A stretch of DNA of 64,000 nt. Source: Batkoa obscura (lineage: Eukaryota). Every line of letters begins with the position of its first letter. Position 1 is the stretch's first letter. A program made the translations under genes and the position numbers. The notes under the pieces were generated by a model. It saw nothing but the letters and a program-made list of their open reading frames with translations, did no database searches and was not told where the DNA came from. Below are positions 56,445-64,000 of this stretch, in pieces. The stretch is from the NCBI GenBank assembly GCA_030770535.1, contig JASVEC010000002.1, positions 2,232,001 to 2,296,000 on the forward strand. The letters run 5' to 3'.

Positions 56445-58539
56445 ATGAGTAGTATTGCCTTCAACGTTATCAAATCTAACAAGTCTATCTTTAATAAAAG
56501 TTTACGTAGTTTAACTACACGTAATACCTCCTCTTTAAGTTCTCCACTTAATGGTAAACTTTAATAATATTTCAATAACTAAAAACTAATACTTTTTTAA
56601 ATTGATAGCTACTTATGGACTCGAACGTAAATTTTAATAGAATATCTTCATTTAGTTTCTAATTTTATTATTATTATTATTAAATTTATAGCTGAGCATG
56701 TTGAATTATATATGCTTGCTAGAAATTTTGCTGATAAAGAATTAGCTCCTCGTATGCAAGAAGTAATAGAAATTATCAAATTTTTATTAAATTAAATAAT
56801 TAACCTCCTTTATATATATTAGTTCGATCAAAAAGGTGAATTACCTATGGATGCTCTTAGAAAAGGTGCTGAATTAGGATTTGGTAATGTTTTTGATTAA
56901 TTCGATTAATGTTTGTTATTTATCTTGTTTTATTTTATTAGGTGGTGTTTACATTGGTGAAGATGTCGGTGGTGCTGGTTTAGGTATTTTAAAATAACAA
57001 GAATAATTTATTTTAATTTTGATATTAATTTTATTATTATTAAAGGCCGTCTTGAAACTTCATTAATATTTGAAGCTTTATCCACTGGAGATACTTCCAC
57101 TGCTGCCTTTATCAGTATTCATAAGTAATTAATAGAATTAATTTTATGTGCAAAAAATCAATTATTGATTTGATTTATATTAAAATAGTATGGCACTTAA
57201 TGTGATTGATAAATACGGTTCAAAAGAACAAAGAGAACAATATTTACCTTCTTTAACTTCAATGGAGGTAAATTGATATTTTATTTATTTTATATATATG
57301 AATTGTAATTAATCAATTGATTATAGAAAATTGCTTCTTATTGTTTAACTGAGCCTGGAGCAGGTAGTGATGCTGGTAATTTAGGCACTGTTGCTAAAAG
57401 AGATGGAGATAATTATATCTTAAATGGTTCCAAAGTAAATTTAGTTTATTATTAAATTATTTAAAAGTAATTAATAATAATTACTTCTTTATTATAGGCA
57501 TTTATTTCTGGTGGTGGTTTTTCGGATGTTTATGTAGTTATGGCTCGTACTGGTGAAGCTGGTATTATCAAAAATAATATATACAATTTTATAATATTAA
57601 TATTAATATAATTTTAAATTTAGGACCAAAAGGTATCTCTTCGTTTATTGTAGAAAAAGGAACACCAGGACTTTCTTTCGGTAAAAATGAAAAGAAAGTA
57701 AAATTAGAATTTATATAATTTAACTCTCATTTTTATTAATTGTTAATTAGCTTGGATGGAATTCTCAACCTACTGCAGGTAATTTAATATTTACAAGTTA
57801 TTAATATTTATAAAGTATTAATTTGATTTTATTATTAGCTGTTATTTTTGAAGATTGTGTTGTACCAGCTAAAAATTTAATCGGTAAAGAAGGAGATGGC
57901 TTTAAATTTGCTATGCAAGGTTTAGATGGTGGTAGAATTAATATTGGTAAATACAAAATAACATAAAAAACTGATAAATATTTATTAATGGACTTAATTA
58001 GCTTCTTGTAGTTTAGGAGCTGCACAAGCTTCATTAGAATTAGCTTTAGAATACTCTAAAGATCGTAAACAATTTGGTAGATCTATTTCTTCCTTTCAGG
58101 TAGGATATAATTTTATTAAGGTTAGATTTAAATTTAAAATACTAATCTATTTAATTATTTAGCATACTCAATTCAAATTAGCTGAATTAGTAACCTCCTT
58201 ACAAACTTCACGTTTAATTACACGTCAAGCTGCCACCTTAGTTGATCAAAAATCGCCATTAGGTACTTCTTTTGTAGCTATGGTGAGTTACTATTTCTCA
58301 ATTCTAATATCGATTTATTAATCAAACTTCAATTTATTTAATTTTCATAGGCTAAATTACAAGCTACTGATAAATGTTTTGATGTTATTAATCAAGCATT
58401 ACAAATTCACGGTGGTTATGGTTATCTTTATGATTATAAATTACAACAATATTTAAGAGATTCTAGAGTTCATCAAATTTTAGAAGGTACTAATGAAATT
58501 ATGAGATTAATAATTTCTCGTGATTTATTAAAAGCTTAA
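56445..58539 (+). CDS. ACAD8: Isobutyryl-CoA dehydrogenase-like acyl-CoA dehydrogenase, paralogue B
   Basis: Same motifs and almost the same intron positions as paralogue [15 protein letters not shown]. Confidence 0.88.
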
Positions 58540-58750
58540 CTTTATTAATCTTGTTAAAATAAATTGAACTTAATGTTTATTTAAATATTTGCTTTTCTAA
58601 TTATAAATGAAAATGTTAGATTGTATAAAACTTAAGCCTAAATCGAGTTAAAGTTTGAAATTAATTTGGTTAAAAATATACAATATATAAGAAAACTTTT
58701 ATAGCTTAATTTTGATAAATCATTGAATGTTTTAATTGTAACAAACGATA

Positions 58751-59622
58751 TTAATTTTTTAAAGCAAATGGTCCATACTTTGAGTTGATAGGGAAACCTT
58801 TAGCATATCCATTATGAAGATTTAACATAGATTGAAACCAATTATATAATATTTTATCTTCCATATCTTCAACAACGTGTTGGAAATGTAATGGGGTTAA
58901 TACTCTAAACCATTGTAATATTGAAAATAAGATGGAATCAGAATACGTAGCTAGAAGGGATAGGTATAAATAAAAAGATCAAAGTAAAAATAAAATAAGT
59001 TACGTTCATTGCCTTCAAAGAAAGGACTAGCTTTTAACATACTAATGATAGGTTTTAGAAACTTTTCAAATTCAGGATAAAGCTTTTCAGAAGTGCCGGA
59101 AAAAGTCCTTGCAAATTGAAATCTATCTTCAGCAAATTCTTTATCTTTTTGTTCTAATAGTTCCCATTCAGTGTCTACAGTCAGACCAAATGGTATCATC
59201 ATATTAGCATCAATATAGCTTTCTAGGAATTCAGAAGTTTTAGTACCATTTGGAAATAGTTTTGGTTGATTTGGATATCTTTTTTCTAACTCATTAGCGA
59301 TATCTCTACTATTGTAAACAACATTTCCATCAGGTAGCTTTAAAGTAGGTACTTTTCTCCATTTATTGTCACTAAAAATAAAGTTAATACTAAATATTAA
59401 CAGCTTATTTATTTATTACGTTAGATTTAATATAGTATCATTAACATCCTTAAAAGTTAATTTAACCTCATTGAAATCAAGATTCTAAAAAGATATTCAA
59501 TATTTAGGATAATTAACAAAAACAAGTGTTACTTTATGTTTTATAGCCATTTGGATACGTATACAATATGGTGAAAAATGATAATTTTCTTGATTACCAC
59601 TGTGTAAAAGATATAAATCCAT
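58751..59622 (-). CDS. Glutathione S-transferase, LigE/GSTFuA-like, paralogue 4 (4 exons)
   Basis: FSPYCIRIQMAIKHK, KVPTL, NSRDIA, TYSDSILFSILQWFRV, WFQSMLNLHNGYAKGFP. Confidence 0.85.
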
Positions 59623-60354
59623 AATTCTTATTCAAAAGTTTGTAAATTACTTTAAAGTCATTTATTTCGCTTATATACTATCCATTTTTTAACTTGGGTT
59701 TAGAAAGCTCTTATTGTAATACATCATTCTGCCGGTTTTTTTAATTCTTGATAAAGAGAATTAAAGCGAAATTCATGGGTTCTTACTGTAGAAATTTTTA
59801 AAAATGAGAAAATAGAACAAGTTTGATTAATACTCGTTGTATTCTAGCTTATCAAGTAATAAAACATATCAATCTATATGGGCTAGTTTCTATTCAAGAT
59901 TCAATTTCCGGAATTGTTTTGATATGAAAGTTAGGAAGATATTTGTTTTTTTACTTTACTTTTATCTGGCCCTGTAAAATTCAGAAACTTAAGTTCAAAT
60001 AAATTAGAAAATTTAACTCATTATTTTAAATCAGAGGTTCTTGAACTTGACATTATAACTCGCAGTTTTATCATTTACTGTAAATAGTATTTTTTTAAAA
60101 AGGTCTATACTGTTTTACAGTATATTAATTTATTAAAAATACTTAGTCAAAACTTGTATATTAATTGTAATCCAAAAATAACTTATAAATCTGTTGATTT
60201 ATATATTTCAAATAATTATATAAGTATTTTTTAGTCAAATCTCAATAATGAGACAATTTTTTGAATTTTTTACTTCAAGTGTGTTTGATTATTCATGTTA
60301 TTTATAATATATGTATACTATTTCAAAATAATTAGTGTAAATAAGTTACCATAT

Positions 60355-60453
60355 GGGGATGTATTTTTGTGTTTAAGAATTTTGTTAGCAAATTTTCCGC
60401 TTAGATAGCGCTTAAAAAATGGAAGAAACAATGAAGTTAAAAAAGACACTCCC
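60355..60453 (-). mobile_element. MITE, orientation B, TSD ATAT
   Basis: ATAT|GGGGATGTA...CACTCCC|ATAT. Confidence 0.9.
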
Positions 60454-62004
60454 ATATAGAAATTTACAAAAAAACCGGAGGGTGAGTAGCCTTTACAAGA
60501 ATGGAAAATGGTATCCATAGTAGGAGCTTCTAGTTCATGATAAACTTCTGGTATAAACGCTTTGAAAAGAGGAGCATCAAAAGAGGAGAAACAATGTAAA
60601 ATAGATTTTGGTTCAATATCAATTTTTGAGATATTCTAATATGTAAGATAAATATTGTAGTTTTCATGTTAAATATGATTTTAATGATATAATTTTAGAG
60701 ATTCGTTTTATTTGAAGTCTATTTAATTAAAAAATTTTAATATTTTTACATGTTTAAAAAGGTATTACAAAAATATTAAAAGAATAATTATCATTACACT
60801 TGGAAAATTAACGTTAGCCAAAGAAATTGGAATAAAAATAGGCTAAATAATCTGGGCTTAAAGACAATCTAGATATAAAACTTAAGCTCCATGGGGTTGT
60901 CTGAATTAGTTTCATTATTTTATCCAATTTTTGAAAAATTTTGTGTTTTAAAAACTTCGCTTAAAATTCTATAAAATCAAATCTTTTATTAAAACAAAAG
61001 TACTTAGACATAGTTCTAAATCATTCTATTATAGTTTATACTATAAGTTAGTTGAATTTCTACTAGATCTTAAATACATATTGTTATAAAACTTTATTGA
61101 GAAATATTTATTTTCAACTGCTTTATAACCAACATTGTAGATTTGTTATCAAATAAATAAACTATTTTAATATTATAATTACATTATTAATATATTGCCA
61201 AGTTAACAAATAGCTGGATGGGAGGGAGTGGTTAGCCCCAAAACTATAATTAATCATCCCTATATAGTACAAGTAATAATAGTTTTTACATATTATTACA
61301 GTTACTTGTTCTTTGACTATTTATTAACCTAGTTATTAGTAGCTTAAGTAATATTTAATAATCTATTTCTATCATTTAACAAACTACTTACTTGCTTAGT
61401 AAATATCGAAATTTTTAAATTTTCTGTTATCTTCGTAAGGTAAGCTGGGATTGATCTTTTAATTTTTCTATTTTCTATAGACTCTATAACTTTAATTGAA
61501 ACTATATCGCTTTTTTTTGATGTATCGGATACTGAGTAACAATGTAGTTTATTGTTATATTTAATAAAGTGTAAATACTTCTTAATGCCCTGCATCTCTA
61601 TTATTCTTTTTATATTTTTGTTTCTTTTATACTTTTTAAAAATTGTATCTGTTTTCACATTATTAACAGTCGAGTTATTAATTTTATTATGCTCGCAAAT
61701 AAAAGCCTCAAATCTTGAAATTAATTGATCGATATCTTCTATTTTACCTAACGCTTCAAAACTACTTTTCCATTTTGAAAGGTTTCCAAAATGTCCATCA
61801 ACTAGACTTTTTACATGATGCTCAGCAAAAAAATTAAAATTAGCATTCAACCTACTATTTATTTTATGAATTTCTTTAAACATATAATGTAGGAACTCTT
61901 GGGATCTAAAATGATTTCCTGTATCTGCCCATATATTAATTTTTGTGAACTTTTTAAATAAAAGCTCTGTAAAGATTAAGTCGATTAAACAATCTCTTGC
62001 ATAT

Positions 62005-62103
62005 GGGGGTGTTTTTTTAGACTTCATTACTTTTTCCATTTCTTAAGCACTATTTGAACAGAAAATTTGTTAGTAAAATTCTTAAACACAAAGATACATC
62101 CCC
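62005..62103 (+). mobile_element. MITE, orientation A, TSD ATAT, inside the transposase
   Basis: ATAT|GGGGGTG...CATCCCC|ATAT; excision restores HDSAYARDC. Confidence 0.93.
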
Positions 62104-62267
62104 ATATGCTGAATCATGATTCAATATTTCAGATGAATAATCAAAGTAAACTTTGCCTATTGTTTTATCATCTTTTAAATATAAAACACTAAAACCTAAT
62201 ACTGATATAGCTTGTTTATTATAATGACCTAAATTTATTAAATCTGGTTTTGTTCCTATTTCCATAT

Positions 62268-62362
62268 GAGGATGTATTTTTTCGTTTAAGAATTTTGCTG
62301 ATAATCTTTCCACTCAAATAGTGCTTAAAAATGGAAAAAGTAAAGACAAAAAAAACATCCCC
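62268..62362 (-). mobile_element. MITE, orientation B, TSD ATAT, inside the transposase
   Basis: ATAT|GAGGATGTA...CATCCCC|ATAT; excision restores DFKQNMEIG. Confidence 0.93.
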
Positions 62363-63558
62363 ATATTTTGTTTAAAATCTAAAATCATTATACAACTTCT
62401 ATTATTTAATTTTTTAATAGTTTCATTAAATGTGTTTTTTTGAGTATCAACACAGAATTTATGTAATTTGTATAATTTTTCTTCTTCGTTGAAAATTTCT
62501 TCTATCTCTCTGCTTTGTTTTTTAATTGCTGTATTTATTTTATTTTCAAATAACTTTTTTCTAACTGTATACTGAGCACATATATTACATAGATCCGTTT
62601 TTCTTGCTGGATTTTTGAAATCACTTGGTATATATTTAAAAAATGTTGACCTAGCTACTGCTTTATCTTTTAGATCATTAAAATATTTACTATATATCAT
62701 TGATTTATTAAATATTGTATAATAGTTTCAATTTGCTCGTCTTTGATTTTTTTTGTATTTTTAATAATAAGTTGTAATGTTGATATTTTATTATTATTAC
62801 TTATTTTTGAATAATCATATTGATTTCTATTTATATTAAACCCAATATTTTTACATTCATCAAAAGAATATACTGAGGCTATAGTTGATAATAATGCTAC
62901 TTGTTGGTTTTTGTTTCCTGTTTCCCTTAAAGCACTAATTTTATACATTGGTTGATTAAGTTTATTATTATCGATAGTAAACTTTGATAGTATATCTTTC
63001 CTCTTTTTGTTTTATTATAAAATTACATAAGCCTTGGATTGTTATAATTAGCTCTTAAAATTGATGTGAATGACTTACAATGTTTATATTGTGTACTCCT
63101 CCCTATTGTAATGAAATTTTCAAAAATTCCATTTCGATGTTTAGTTATGAAAGTTTGCATTTTATTTTTATTTCTACTTCAACGAAAAATAAAGTCAACT
63201 AACTGTATTTATATAATTACATAATCATATAGTTATATATTATATCTATTAAATATCTAACACAACTAACAAAACATATAGTTAGGAAAGTTAGCTATTT
63301 AAGAAAAGGAAATAATTAAAATAAGTTTAAGTAGAGAGATTTAATTTTAGGCTTTTTAGATTTAACCATCATATTAGACACAAATTTAAAATTTTAAAAT
63401 TTGGATTTTCTAAATTCTGAAACCAATTAGGATAGCCTCTCATAGTTACTTTTAAAATTAATTCACTTTAAATATGTGAAAGGAGCGATGTAAACTAATA
63501 TCATACGAAAATTTATTTTTAAGTTTATGAGCATATATTCTGATCATAATAAGTAATA

Positions 63559-64000
63559 TTAATTTTTTAAAGCAAATGGTCCATACTTTGAGTTGATAGG
63601 GAAACCTGTAGCATATCCATCATGAAGGTTTAATATAGAAAGGTGTTTTTTTTTGGCTTCATCACTTTTTCCATCTTTTAAGCACTATTTGAGCGAAAAA
63701 TTTGTTAGTAAGATTCTTAAACATAAAAATACATCTCCATAGATTGAAATCGATCTTCAGTAAATTCTTTATCTTTTTGTTCTAATAGTTCCCATTCAGT
63801 GTCTACAGTCAGACCAAATGGTATCATCATATTAGCATCAATATAGCTTTCTAGGAATTCAGAAGTTTTAGTACCATTTGGAAATAGTTTTGGTTGATTT
63901 GGATATCTTTTTTCTAACTCATTAGCGATATCTCTACTATTGTAAACAACACTTCCATCAGGTAGCTTTAAAGTAGGTACTTTTCTCCATTTATTGTCAC
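63559..64000 (-). pseudogene. Disrupted near-identical copy of GST paralogue 4 (5' part outside the window)
   Basis: Aligns to 58751-59370 but carries a MITE insertion and a 284-bp deletion. Confidence 0.85.
63639..63738 (+). mobile_element. MITE, orientation A, TSD ATAG
   Basis: ATAG|AAAGGTG...CATCTCC|ATAG; the paralogous empty site at 58827-58830 has a single ATAG. Confidence 0.9.

Larger units (their letters stand above)
61344..63160 (-). pseudogene. DNA transposase pseudogene, Sola-like DDD type, interrupted by two MITEs plus stop/frameshift lesions
   Basis: Removing both MITEs plus one TSD each joins TDLCNIC...MILDFKQN|MEIG...LNHDSAY|ARDCL...IWADTGNHFRS...FFAEHHVKSLVDGHFG, a motif order resembling Sola2-type transposases. 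The 5' limit is approximate. Confidence 0.75.

Noticed and set aside
62005..62362. MITEs in the transposase acting as spliced-out introns (Introner-like) or allowing TGA read-through
   Set aside because: Their ends (GGG...CCC/CTC) give no GT-AG or AT-AC boundaries that restore the frame; the other insertion adds 103 bp (frameshift) and the gene has further lesions.
61218..63105. GGGAGGGAGT (~61220) and ACTCCTCCC (~63096) as TIRs of the transposon
   Set aside because: Imperfect match, no matching TSD, and the right-hand motif lies inside the apparent N-terminal reading frame (ITIGRST).

Overview
Very AT-rich, intron-dense eukaryotic DNA with short introns. The gene content is fungal, and Integrator subunit 4 plus a U12-type AT-AC intron point to an early-diverging (non-Dikarya) fungus (inference). 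Housekeeping genes: Yap-type bZIP, SKI3, TPS1, SPT small subunit, stand-alone ABC ATPase, SED5, SDH2, RIM2-like carrier, GID4, RAD17, TYW2, LSM6, INTS4, a 13-exon cyclophilin, ERG20, two ACAD8-like paralogues, tRNA-Leu(AAG) and tRNA-Gln(TTG). There is also an expanded LigE/GSTFuA-like glutathione transferase family (4 intact genes, 2 pseudogenes). Accessory signals: (1) a ~99-bp MITE family (13 full copies, GRG...CYC ends, 4-bp TSD), two copies of which interrupt a Sola-like transposase pseudogene; (2) a 3.85-kb TTAA-bounded palindrome whose two identical 1362-bp arms each carry an intronless gene for an unrecognised secreted three-repeat protein; (3) an identical 436-bp direct repeat with no TIR or TSD flanking SKI3-TPS1; (4) a minor-spliceosome AT-AC intron next to 10-nt and 6-nt micro-exons in the cyclophilin; (5) gene-conversion tracts between the ACAD8 paralogues. 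All coordinates and alignments were read by eye.
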